Assembly: GCA_964511175.1 (NCBI GenBank)
Contig: CAZEEI010000001.1
Span: 23,216 to 87,215 of the forward strand
Source: an uncultured Pseudomonadales bacterium
Lineage (GTDB): Bacteria > Patescibacteriota > Microgenomatia > UBA1400 > UBA1396
Length of the DNA: 64,000 nt
Direction: 5' to 3'
The notes below the pieces were generated by a model, which was not told the origin of the DNA, searched no databases, and saw only the letters and a list, made by a program, of their open reading frames with translations. The translations under genes and the position numbers were made by a program. Positions 1 to 9,423 of the stretch are shown here, in pieces. Position 1 is the first letter of the stretch. Each line of letters opens with the position of its first letter.

Positions 1-1104
1 GCCGTCTTGATCTGGATCGAGCGAACAAACCCCACTGTCGCTGGAGTCCCACAACTCATTACCGCTGGTTTTGGCGTCATAGAGCCGGAAGATGAAGTTA
101 ATTGGTGTGGTGATAGGAGTAGCGCCAGAGTCGGTTAAACGACCTTGGAAGCTAAGGACGCGGTTGGGCCGGGTTGCCGCGGAGGGGTAGGCGTAACGGG
201 GTGTTACTTCGCTAAAGAACTGCTGGTAGCCAAAAACGCCTACCATAACACAGAACACGAGCAGGATTGCCAAGTGGAGGTAGCTCGCCAAAGCTAAGCG
301 GGAATACCAGGCGTAGAGACCGCGCCAGCCGCCAGGTTGTGCCGCAGGCTCAGGGTCGGCGAAAAGGGATGCCACGGGACCTGGTTTAACCCGGGGTTTG
401 AACCAGGCCAGGGGAATAAAGCGTTCGGCGGTGGTTTGTAAAGTTTGAGTCAGATGGCTAGCCAGAGGATCACTGGGTAGATACTCTTCACGGTGGGCCC
501 AAGCAGTAAAGCGGTGCAAACTTTGCAGACGCTGGCGGAGAGTCCAAGCCGAACGGCCATTTTGCCGTTCTTTCTCGAGATAGGTAGCTATTTTGGGTTT
601 AGTGCAGATATCAACCAGCGGCGCTGCTGGCCAAAAATTGAGAAAAAGACGGACATCTTGTGCATAATTTTGGATGGTAGTTTCTTTGCAACCACTTTTA
701 GTTAGTGCCAAAACAAAGCGTTGAAGTATTTTTCCCCAGGCAAGTTCGTCTTTTGTACTGGTGCCAGGATTAGCTGGCAACTGCCAATTGAGTGATCCCG
801 GACTGACGCTTTGCCAAAACTGTTCGAATTTGCGCAGGGAGGCCAACTTGCGTGCCTGGGTGCTATCCGGAAAACCGTTGTCTTTCAGATAGCGCAAGTA
901 AGCTGCGAAAGTGGTTGGAGTTAGGTTCTCCAGAGGTAAATTGCCTATTTTTTCACTGTGCCAGAGGAAGAAGCGACGTACATCCGAAGCGTAATTTTTG
1001 ACTGTTTTGGCGCTGAGATGGTATTGCCGCAGCCAGTTTACAAACTGCGTTAATCCGGCATCAAAGTCAGAGGGGGGTAAGGTGGGCTTAGGCTTAGTGA
1101 ACAT
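1..1104 (-). CDS. Partial (3' end beyond window start) membrane protein with two tandem phage-integrase N-terminal SAM-like domains, then a TM helix and an extracytoplasmic region
   Basis: Reverse-strand ATG at 1104 (MFTKPKPTLPPSDFDAGLTQFVNWLRQYHLSAKTVKNYASDVRRFFLWH...). A second similar module follows (KETTIQNYAQDVRLFLNFW...RQRLQSLHRFTAWAH), then a hydrophobic helix LHLAILLVFCVMVGVF. The open frame runs off the window edge and is absent from the ORF track because it has no stop. Confidence 0.5.
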   Translation of the reverse strand, partial: MFTKPKPTLPPSDFDAGLTQFVNWLRQYHLSAKTVKNYASDVRRFFLWHSEKIGNLPLENLTPTTFAAYLRYLKDNGFPDSTQARKLASLRKFEQFWQSVSPGSLNWQLPANPGTSTKDELAWGKILQRFVLALTKSGCKETTIQNYAQDVRLFLNFWPAAPLVDICTKPKIATYLEKERQNGRSAWTLRQRLQSLHRFTAWAHREEYLPSDPLASHLTQTLQTTAERFIPLAWFKPRVKPGPVASLFADPEPAAQPGGWRGLYAWYSRLALASYLHLAILLVFCVMVGVFGYQQFFSEVTPRYAYPSAATRPNRVLSFQGRLTDSGATPITTPINFIFRLYDAKTSGNELWDSSDSGVCSLDPDQDG

Positions 1105-1480
1105 GGCAGGTGGTTTCCTCTGGTATTAGACCGGATTAGACCTTATTTAGCATAGGTTTAAAGGAAGGTAATCTCAAGGGATAAACCAGGCTAATTACCA
1201 GGTAGCCAGGCTAAGGCCATGCCGGAATATTAAGAGATAATCGCTTTTTTCACGCAGGATAAAACAGTCGTAACTAACTCAATTTGCGTCAATAACATAG
1301 GGTTATCCCCAATAAAAAGATTGTGGGGAATGTTATATTTGCTTTAAATACAGAACACAAAATGAATCGTCTTAATTCTCTTGAGGAAAATCCACTGTTT
1401 TTAATGATTCTGGTTAGCCCAGATGTAATCTTTTCTAAAGATTCTGGTATTATTGACGCAGTGAGGTATGAAAACAAAAT

Positions 1481-2266
1481 ATGCGTGCGGTAATGCGTGA
1501 GACCTTGGGTTTATTAGCACTGGGTAGCCTGGAAGAACTTTGGCAAGGGCAGATACCCACTCAGCCATTAAGTCTGACCTATCTGGATTTAGCCCAATTG
1601 AGGCCGCGTTATGCCGCCTCTTCTTGGCGAGTGACTCTCAATAAGATGGTTCAGCAACGGCAGATCCTGAAGGTTTACCGCCAAGGAAGAGTGGCTTTCC
1701 AGATAGCCAAACAAGGTTGGCAGGAGTTTCAGGCTTTAAACCCTATTTTTTGGACTCGATTAGAGAGCGAATGGTCCTTGGCCATCTATCGGTCGTTCCG
1801 ACCGCAAAATAAGGCAACTGGCCAGGCTAGAAGGCTACTAGCGCAAGCTGGTTACCAGGTTATTCAGAATGGTATAGCCTGCCGGCCTAATACTACCTAT
1901 TCGGACTACTTACCCAGGCAATTGTCTGATCTGGGCTACAACTTGAGTATAATCTCGTTTTCGCCTAGTGGAGTGCGGTCAACTAGTATCCAAGAATTGC
2001 TCATAACCGGTGAAAGACCGCTCAATCTCCTTAGGGAAAGAGAGAAAATTAGCAGAAACATATCAGAAGTGCTAATGAAACTAAATAGAGATAAAATATT
2101 GAAGAATCAATCAAAAGAACACATTGGCGGTATGCTTATATCGGGTCTAACCTTTATCCAGCGGTTACGTTGGTTTGATCTGGGTGAGGGGGACAGTCAC
2201 GCCGATCTTCTTAACCTCATTAGCCAACTTGATGCTTTAATGCGGCAATATGCGTTAAAAAAATAA
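1481..2266 (+). CDS. Hypothetical protein (possible winged-helix regulator, unverified)
   Basis: 261-aa ORF with no recognisable catalytic motif. Confidence 0.4.
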   Translation: MRAVMRETLGLLALGSLEELWQGQIPTQPLSLTYLDLAQLRPRYAASSWRVTLNKMVQQRQILKVYRQGRVAFQIAKQGWQEFQALNPIFWTRLESEWSLAIYRSFRPQNKATGQARRLLAQAGYQVIQNGIACRPNTTYSDYLPRQLSDLGYNLSIISFSPSGVRSTSIQELLITGERPLNLLREREKISRNISEVLMKLNRDKILKNQSKEHIGGMLISGLTFIQRLRWFDLGEGDSHADLLNLISQLDALMRQYALKK

Positions 2267-2480
2267 GCCTGGAGAGGGGTATAAAATTAACGCAGAGACT
2301 TTTGCAGTAATACTGCGGTATTCACGCGAACCAGGCTGAAAGATCGCCAATATGATGAGGTAATCTGTTTTAAGGATAGGCACTTGATATATTTATATTC
2401 AGTTAAACTTCTTTATATTTATGCGCGTTAATTAAGCGGGAAAACACCAGAGTAAAAACACTTAGTGCAACAATCTGCGT

Positions 2481-3233
2481 TTAATAATTTGGAACCGCCA
2501 GGAAGTCAATTACGGTCTGGTAAGTACCCGCCGCCTGAGAGCCGTTAACCGCAGCTTGGTAGGTGACGGTTAAAACATCATCTTTAACCACCTGGTTATG
2601 CTCGGCTATTACTTGTGGCGATTGGCTATTTTCCCGGTCGGCAAAAGGGCGAAAATAGGTGCCGTTGGTAAAATCCGTCGATCGGTGCACGCCAGCCACG
2701 TTGAAGCCGAAACCGACCTCGCTGGCGCTGTTCCAAACGGCTGCCGTATCGATATCGCAACCGCCGCCACAATCGGCATGAGCAATGTCTGGTGCCATGA
2801 CACCACCTGCCTGGCGCAGTTGATGATCGGCTGCCGCTAGAATGCTGTAGCCGCCAGAGCGGGTAGAAACCACCAGCTGGTTGGTGGCCGTATTAAACAC
2901 GTCCGGAGAAAGGATGCCCAAGTTAATATCTAGTCCCAGAATACGAAAATTAAAACGGGGAATAGCGTAAACATACTGAAATCCGGAGAACACCCGGTAG
3001 CCGGTAGGGTTCAGGCCAAACTGTCCTGGCGCGTTTTGTCCCACGGTGTCGGTTACGGTGTAACCGCCGCCGCTTTTAGTGCCAGAGGTGGTGTTAAAGT
3101 TGCCAAACTGGATGATGTAGCTGTCGGAGCGCATATTTTCCGCCTGAATTAGGGGGGCACTGCCTAAACCAAGACAAATTGCCGCCAATCCTAGAGCGGC
3201 CCAACCTTGCCAACGCGGGCGCAGATAAGACAT
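2481..3233 (-). CDS. Secreted hypothetical protein (N-terminal signal peptide, Gly/Thr/Asn-rich, likely beta-rich)
   Basis: MSYLRPRWQGWAALGLAAICLGLGSAPLIQAENMR... is a signal-peptide-like N-terminus. No TM segments follow. Confidence 0.5.
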   Translation of the reverse strand: MSYLRPRWQGWAALGLAAICLGLGSAPLIQAENMRSDSYIIQFGNFNTTSGTKSGGGYTVTDTVGQNAPGQFGLNPTGYRVFSGFQYVYAIPRFNFRILGLDINLGILSPDVFNTATNQLVVSTRSGGYSILAAADHQLRQAGGVMAPDIAHADCGGGCDIDTAAVWNSASEVGFGFNVAGVHRSTDFTNGTYFRPFADRENSQSPQVIAEHNQVVKDDVLTVTYQAAVNGSQAAGTYQTVIDFLAVPNY

Positions 3234-3923
3234 TTAGGTCTCCTCAACAGCCTCGTCAGGCTGTAAATTGTCTAGAATTCGATCAGCTGATTCTTCCAAA
3301 ATTACCAGCTGCTTAACCACAATGGTGGTATTTTGCGGCGTCAAACTAAGCGACTGACGAACCTGACGTAGTTTGGGCTGTAGGAACCGCCGCAACCAGG
3401 CGGAAAGTCGGGCTTCCTCTTGAGCAATAGCCTCGGTTTCATTTTCCAGTTGGTGAGTTTTCTCCCGAGCTTCGGTAAACTGCTGCCTGGCAAAAATTAA
3501 AAGCGGCAGCAAGAAGGGAAGAGAAAGTAATTCGATTAAATCGGCTTTACCCAAGGGATGAACCGAAGTCCCCCAGAGAAAAATGGTCAGCAGAACCACA
3601 CTAACCAGATTGCCCACCAAAGTAAAACTGAGTGCCCCAAAAAATAGCAGCAAGTGAAAGAGCGGCAGAAAAGGCGACGCAATACTACCAGTGGAGCCAA
3701 CTACCAGGGCAATCGCCGCAGTAAGGAAAGCCGTTTCTAGTGATTGCGGATTGGGTAAAATATGGTGGCCAGCGGCCCGGGACAACCGCTTGGAGATGAA
3801 GAAAATAACCAGTAGGCAGGCGGTCATCTGCAGTGAATACGGGCGCAGATTAGGCAGAGAAACCCAGAGGTACGAAGCAACTAGGGAAACAAACAACAAT
3901 AGCGACTCCAATAGGGCAGGCAT
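3234..3923 (-). CDS. Integral membrane protein with C-terminal coiled-coil/acidic tail
   Basis: Multiple hydrophobic helices, then QQFTEAREKTHQLENETEAIAQEEARL. Its stop abuts the start of the downstream secreted protein (3233/3234), suggesting an operon. Confidence 0.45.
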   Translation of the reverse strand: MPALLESLLLFVSLVASYLWVSLPNLRPYSLQMTACLLVIFFISKRLSRAAGHHILPNPQSLETAFLTAAIALVVGSTGSIASPFLPLFHLLLFFGALSFTLVGNLVSVVLLTIFLWGTSVHPLGKADLIELLSLPFLLPLLIFARQQFTEAREKTHQLENETEAIAQEEARLSAWLRRFLQPKLRQVRQSLSLTPQNTTIVVKQLVILEESADRILDNLQPDEAVEET

Positions 3924-3963
3924 ATGGTTGGCTCAGTTTAACATAAGTGATATCATTGCAGCC

Positions 3964-6546
3964 ATGGCTTACGACCACCGGTCTCTTGAGAAAAAGTATA
4001 CTCAGCAGTGGCGAGAGCAACGTCTCTATGAGCCCGATTTGCGCGCCGCCGCACGGCCTTATTACAACCTCATGATGTTTCCTTATCCCTCGGCAGAAGG
4101 GCTGCACGTGGGTAACATGTATGCCTTTACCGGTGCTGACGTTCACGGCCGGTTTTACCGAATGTTGGGATTTGACGTTTTTGAACCGATTGGTTTGGAT
4201 GGTTTTGGTATTCACTCGGAGAATTACGCCATCAAAGTAGGTCGCCATCCGGCGCAGCAGGCTAAAGTCTCTGAGGATAATTTTTACCGTCAGCTGGGAG
4301 CGATCGGCAATGGATTCGCCTGGGAAGAACGCCTGGAAACTTACGATCCGGAGTATTATCGCTGGACACAGTGGCTGATGATGCAAATGTTCAAGCATGG
4401 TCTGGCTTACAAAGCCGAAGCGGCAGTGAACTGGTGTCCTTTTGACAAAACGGTTTTGGCCGACGAGCAAGTCGAGGACGGGGTGTGCGAGCGCTGTAAA
4501 AATCCGGTCGAGCGGCGCACGATGAGCTCCTGGTTTTTGCGGATTACCGATTATGCGGACCGCTTGTTGGATAATATCGACAATTACGCCTGGCAGGATG
4601 CTGAGGGGAAAACGCACCGCGGTTTGCAGTGGCCTGGTAAAGTGACCACTGCCCAGCGGAACTGGATTGGGCGCACGACTGGCTTGGATATTGATTTTGC
4701 TCTGGAAAATAGCCCGGAAAAAATTACCGTTTGGACTAAGTTTTGGGAAACGATTTTTGGTGTTACATACTTGGTTTTGGCTCCCGAGCATCCATTGGCG
4801 AGCCGCATTGCCAGCCAGTCACAAAAAACGGCTGTGGCGGAGTACATCCACTCGGCTTTGAATCGATCAGAGCAGGACCGTCAGGCTGGCCAGGAAAAAA
4901 GTGGCGTATTTACCGGTGCTTACGCCGTTAATCCGGTTAACGGTGAACGAGTACCTATCTGGATTGCCGACTATGTTTTAACGACTGTTGGAACTGGGGC
5001 GGTAATGGGTGTGCCGGCGCATGATGAGCGAGACTTTGCTTTTGCTCAGAAATTTGGTTTACCGATTATTCAGGTAGTAGCTTACGCTGACCCCCAAATC
5101 AATCAGGCAGTGGCTCGAGGAGAGCGTTCGTATGAGGGGGAAGGAGTACTTCTGCACTCTGGCCAGTTCGACGGACAAGCGGCTTGGGGAGAGGGAAAAA
5201 CGGCCATTCAAAATTGGCTGGTTAACCAAAATTGGGCGCGCGAACGAGTTAATTATCACCTACGCGATTGGCTGATCTCCCGCCAGCGTTACTGGGGGCC
5301 GCCCATTCCGTTAATCTACTGTGAACATTGTGCTGAACAGGGCAAAGGTGAGCGCCCCGAATTGCCTGGCTGGTATGCGGTGCCGGAAGCGGATTTACCG
5401 GTTCTTTTGCCAGAAATTAGCGACTTCAAACCCAAGGGTGACGGTACTTCGCCGCTGGCCAACGCGCCAGACGACTGGAAGTCGGCCGCCTGTCCAGTTT
5501 GTGGCCAACCGGCCAAACGCGAGCTCGATGTTTCCGATACTTTTTTGGATTCGGCTTGGTATTTTCTGCGCTATCCCTGGTTGGGCGAAAACGATCACCC
5601 GTTCGGAACGGTTCTGCCGTTTGAAAACCTCAAGGAGAATCGACCTGGAACGATTCTTCCAGAGGTAGCTGAGCGCCAGAAGCGTTCTCAACTTAGCTGG
5701 TTCCCGGTTGACGCCTATATCGGCGGTGCCGAGCACGCAGTGTTGCACCTGCTTTATGCCCGCTTTGTCACCATGGCTCTGCACGATTGGGGTTATTTAC
5801 CCAGTGATGAACCTTTTCCATTTTTATTCGGCCACGGACTGATCATCAAGGACGGCGCCAAAATGAGTAAGTCGCGCGGCAATGTGGTTAATCCGGACGA
5901 GTATATCGCCAAGTACGGCGCTGACGCTCTGCGTGCCTATCTGATGTTTTTGGGACCCTATGACCAGGGCGGCGACTTTCGCGACACCGGTATGAGTGGC
6001 ATGTACAAGTGGCTGACGCGGATTTGGGATCAATTCAGCCAAATTTCGGGCGAGGCGACTGATCCAGATCTCAAGCGAAAACTCCACCAAGTAATTGCAG
6101 CTAATACCGCTGATCTCTACCAGTTTAAATACAATACCTGTTTAGCTCGGCTTATGGAGGTGGTTAACCTCTGGCGTGAAGGGGAGACGATGGGGCGGCC
6201 GGAAGCGATTATTTTCCTCCAGCTGTTGGCACCGTTTGCGCCGTTTCTAACCGAGGCGCTTTACCAGCAAATTCAGGATAAAAACGGAACGAGTGTGTTC
6301 CATTCGATTCATAGTTCAATTTGGCCGCCAGCTAATTCGGCCCTACTCGAGGCGGAAACAATCCCGATCGCCATTCAGGTCAATGGCAAACTGCGGGGTG
6401 TGATCGAAGTTAATCTGCAGCAGGCAACTGATCAGGAGTTTTTAACAACTAAGGCCAAGCAACACGAAACAGTACAGCGTTTTCTCACCGCCGAATCCAA
6501 AAAAGTTATTGTCGTTCCCGGTAAAATTATCAACTTTGTGATCTAA
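3964..6546 (+). CDS. leuS: Leucyl-tRNA synthetase
   Basis: MAYDHRSLEKKYTQQWREQRLYEPD... class I LeuRS N-terminus with an HVGN (HIGH-type) motif and a KMSKS motif (GAKMSKSRGN). Start chosen at ATG 3964 inside the longer track ORF 3691..6546. Confidence 0.9.
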   Translation: MAYDHRSLEKKYTQQWREQRLYEPDLRAAARPYYNLMMFPYPSAEGLHVGNMYAFTGADVHGRFYRMLGFDVFEPIGLDGFGIHSENYAIKVGRHPAQQAKVSEDNFYRQLGAIGNGFAWEERLETYDPEYYRWTQWLMMQMFKHGLAYKAEAAVNWCPFDKTVLADEQVEDGVCERCKNPVERRTMSSWFLRITDYADRLLDNIDNYAWQDAEGKTHRGLQWPGKVTTAQRNWIGRTTGLDIDFALENSPEKITVWTKFWETIFGVTYLVLAPEHPLASRIASQSQKTAVAEYIHSALNRSEQDRQAGQEKSGVFTGAYAVNPVNGERVPIWIADYVLTTVGTGAVMGVPAHDERDFAFAQKFGLPIIQVVAYADPQINQAVARGERSYEGEGVLLHSGQFDGQAAWGEGKTAIQNWLVNQNWARERVNYHLRDWLISRQRYWGPPIPLIYCEHCAEQGKGERPELPGWYAVPEADLPVLLPEISDFKPKGDGTSPLANAPDDWKSAACPVCGQPAKRELDVSDTFLDSAWYFLRYPWLGENDHPFGTVLPFENLKENRPGTILPEVAERQKRSQLSWFPVDAYIGGAEHAVLHLLYARFVTMALHDWGYLPSDEPFPFLFGHGLIIKDGAKMSKSRGNVVNPDEYIAKYGADALRAYLMFLGPYDQGGDFRDTGMSGMYKWLTRIWDQFSQISGEATDPDLKRKLHQVIAANTADLYQFKYNTCLARLMEVVNLWREGETMGRPEAIIFLQLLAPFAPFLTEALYQQIQDKNGTSVFHSIHSSIWPPANSALLEAETIPIAIQVNGKLRGVIEVNLQQATDQEFLTTKAKQHETVQRFLTAESKKVIVVPGKIINFVI

Positions 6547-6586
6547 CGGTCAGTATTTAGTCAGATTCGCCTGATTTACTGCAAGG

Positions 6587-7237
6587 GTGAAGCAATGGTG
6601 GCGACAATATTGGTTACGCACGGTGCTTGGACTTTCCGGGTTGATAAGTTGTGTCTTGGGAGCAGTTTTTACCTACAAGGCCCACTATGAACACCCGCAG
6701 TATAGTTACTTGCCGGCCGACCAGGAGTGGCGTGATCACTTACACGAAGTAGTTGACTTAGCCCGCCGTCAAACGGATGCGTCCGCTGCCGCCGAACTCC
6801 TGGTTGATGTGGCTGGTGCAGTGGTTAAACCTGGTGTATATCAAGTTAACGCCGGCGGACGCATCCAAGAGGCTATTTTGGCGGCCGGCGGTTTTGCTGT
6901 GGAAGCAGATCAACAATATATCCATCAAAAGCTAAATTTGGCCGACCTACTGCACGACCGTAGCAAAATTTATATTCCCTTTACAGGTGAGATTGATCCG
7001 TCCGTTCAAGCCAACACTGATGCCAGTGTATCAACGACCGAAACTAGTCAGATAGTTAATCTCAATACTGCCAGTAGTATCGAATTGCAGAGTTTGACTG
7101 GAATAGGTGACAAAAGAGCTACGGAAATTATTGCGGCGCGCCCAATTGCTAACGAGCAGGATCTAATTGCCCGCACTAGTATCGGCGCAAGTATTTTGAC
7201 TAATATTATTGCTGATGGATTTACTTTGACATATTAA
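6587..7237 (+). CDS. comEA: Competence protein ComEA (SLBB domain plus helix-hairpin-helix DNA-binding domain)
   Basis: N-terminal TM anchor. C-terminal VNLNTASSIELQSLTGIGDKRATEIIAARP is an HhH motif typical of ComEA. Confidence 0.8.
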   Translation: MKQWWRQYWLRTVLGLSGLISCVLGAVFTYKAHYEHPQYSYLPADQEWRDHLHEVVDLARRQTDASAAAELLVDVAGAVVKPGVYQVNAGGRIQEAILAAGGFAVEADQQYIHQKLNLADLLHDRSKIYIPFTGEIDPSVQANTDASVSTTETSQIVNLNTASSIELQSLTGIGDKRATEIIAARPIANEQDLIARTSIGASILTNIIADGFTLTY

Positions 7238-7515
7238 TATTAACGAATAATAAGCAAATATGAATAATATCAACGCAAAATAGTGAAGAGAAATAAAAAA
7301 GGAGATAATTTTCGAAAATGATAAAAATTAACGCAATATGATTTATAAATACAAAAAACGAGTTTTACTTGGCTTTTAATGATTAAGTAAGGTTGGTTTT
7401 CGACAGTTTACGGCGATTTTGCTAATCACTGTTGATTGGATAAAAAACCTTATTGAAAAGGAAGAAAAGATGAAATTACTTATTTCTGTTTCGGTTTTTA
7501 ATCGGAAAGATAAAA

Positions 7516-8409
7516 ATGGTTGATGTTTTGGCTGATGCTCAAGCATTGGGAGCGGGCCTCTTGATAGGCAATGACCGCGGGTTGTCGTCGTCTGCCAACC
7601 AGCTTTTCCAGGCTGCCAGTATCCAGCACCTCACTGCAGCCAGCGGGGCTAATCTGGGTTTGGCGGTCTGGCTGGCTGGGCCACTACTTTATCCCTGGAA
7701 TTACCGACTCAAACACCTGGGCAAAGGGATAGTTTACGCTGTTTACTGGCTAATCGCCGGCGGTAGCGGCTCTCTTTGGCGGGCGTCAGTGATGGCCTTA
7801 TTATTATGGTTTAGCCACTGTTTAGGTCGTAAAACGGCTCAATGGTATGTCTGGTTGTTCACTATCTTGGTGGGCCAACTAAGTAATGTTTCTTATTACC
7901 GCACCAAGGGATTCTGGTTGTCGGCCGCCGCGGTACTAGGAATGTTGTTTTCACAGAAAGTTAAGCCAGGTGAAAATTACATGGCCTTATTACCGCAATG
8001 GCAAAGGTGGGTTAAAAGCTTATTTTTGCCTATATATTTTGGCTTAATAGTGACTATCTTTGTGTTACCTTTTCTTTGGCAATTCTTCGGTCAATTAAGC
8101 CTCAACAGCGCTTTTTCCACCGCTTTAGCTTCGCCTTTTATTTTCCCCCTACAGTTGACCGCCTTATTTTTCTTCGGGTCTCAGCATTTTCTCAGGTGGG
8201 TAGCGCCTTGGTTGGCTCTATGCCTAGTCGGAGAATACCGTCTTTTTACCCACTTCATTAGGCAATTTGTTAATTTTATCCAATCCAGTTGGTTTGTTTT
8301 GTTTTCGGTAATGAGTTTAATTGTGGCGCTGAGGTTAGGTTTTCGGGTTTGCCGATTAATTCAACAACAACGATACTGCCAAAAGCGATATCAAATATGG
8401 CAAGTTTGA
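7516..8409 (+). CDS. comEC: ComEC/Rec2 N-terminal polytopic competence-domain portion
   Basis: Multi-TM competence-domain-like sequence. Ends at TGA 8407-8409, overlapping the next ORF, which is in a different frame. Confidence 0.55.
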   Translation: MVDVLADAQALGAGLLIGNDRGLSSSANQLFQAASIQHLTAASGANLGLAVWLAGPLLYPWNYRLKHLGKGIVYAVYWLIAGGSGSLWRASVMALLLWFSHCLGRKTAQWYVWLFTILVGQLSNVSYYRTKGFWLSAAAVLGMLFSQKVKPGENYMALLPQWQRWVKSLFLPIYFGLIVTIFVLPFLWQFFGQLSLNSAFSTALASPFIFPLQLTALFFFGSQHFLRWVAPWLALCLVGEYRLFTHFIRQFVNFIQSSWFVLFSVMSLIVALRLGFRVCRLIQQQRYCQKRYQIWQV

Positions 8410-9272
8410 TGTTCAGCGCCAATCGCTTAGGTTTACTAATTGGCGGCGGATTGTGTTTAGTTGGTTGGTTTATGGCGGCTACTCAGCCAATTTATCCCCA
8501 AGTGATAGCTTGTGACGTAGGTCAAGGAGACGCGATCCTCCTGCGCTATGGTACAGTTGCGGTTTTAGTAGATGTTGGACGGAAACAAGGCATCTTGCCC
8601 TGTCTAAGATATAAGCTTGCTTTGGGGCAGACCAGCATCCAAACAGTTCTTCTCACCCATTGGGACGATGATCATATCGGGGCTTTTTCGGATGTAGCGG
8701 CGGCCTACCGGATTGGAACAGTGATTAGTAACCCGAACATTAAGGACTCAACTACCGCTCAACAAGTGGTTGAAACAATTAAGCAGGCCAGGGTAAATTT
8801 GACTCCCAGTCCGGGCGATGAACTGGTTTTCCCGGGCGGCAGGGTTCGTTTTGTCTGGTCGGCAACAGCGATAAGCGATCCCGCCACCAATACAACCGAA
8901 AATGATCGTTCCATTGGGATAGTGGCTAGCTTTAAAAGTTTCGGGTTTTTAGGTCTAGGTGACCTAGAGTGTGCCTCAGAATTAGCAGTCTCTAACTTAC
9001 CTCTGCTAATTTCGACGCCAATTTTAAAAATATCGCACCATGGGTCAAAAACATCATCTTGCACTCCTTTTATCGCTAAAATTGAGCCCGAAATAGCGAT
9101 CCTCTCGGTTGGTGAGGATAATAAGTATGGTCATCCCGCAGCAGAAATTTTAGCGATTTTGCGCGACCAGGCGACAACGGTTTTACGTACCGACCAGCTG
9201 GGTAGCCTGGAGATCCAGAGGAAAGGGAAAAATTGGTTATGGCGTTCGCAGCGTTGGTCAAACAGTGATTAA
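8397..9272 (+). CDS. comEC: ComEC/Rec2 C-terminal metallo-beta-lactamase domain portion
   Basis: TM helix, then VIACDVGQGDAILL...LLTHWDDDHIGAF...ISHHGSKTSS MBL motifs. Starts at ATG 8397, overlapping the upstream ORF by 13 nt in another frame. Confidence 0.6.
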   Translation: MASLMFSANRLGLLIGGGLCLVGWFMAATQPIYPQVIACDVGQGDAILLRYGTVAVLVDVGRKQGILPCLRYKLALGQTSIQTVLLTHWDDDHIGAFSDVAAAYRIGTVISNPNIKDSTTAQQVVETIKQARVNLTPSPGDELVFPGGRVRFVWSATAISDPATNTTENDRSIGIVASFKSFGFLGLGDLECASELAVSNLPLLISTPILKISHHGSKTSSCTPFIAKIEPEIAILSVGEDNKYGHPAAEILAILRDQATTVLRTDQLGSLEIQRKGKNWLWRSQRWSNSD

Positions 9273-9423
9273 TTAAAGTTGACAAATCCAACTGCAAATA
9301 TTGGGATTAAAACGTTTATTATTTATTTCGGGTTTAATCTGTATCGGGTAAAGTTTGGGATTTTTAATTAATAAAGTTTTTTGTTGCAAGACATAAAGAT
9401 ACTAATATATAAAATATGGGATT

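Noticed and set aside
1105-1300. Short direct repeats (ATTAGACC x2, CCAGGCTAA x2) in the promoter region of the first gene
   Set aside because: Too short and too few to distinguish from chance. Noted only as possible operator half-sites.
3850-4791. 313-aa minus-strand ORF inside leuS
   Set aside because: Antisense to a confidently identified LeuRS coding region. Low-complexity, Arg/Pro-rich translation typical of a spurious antisense ORF.
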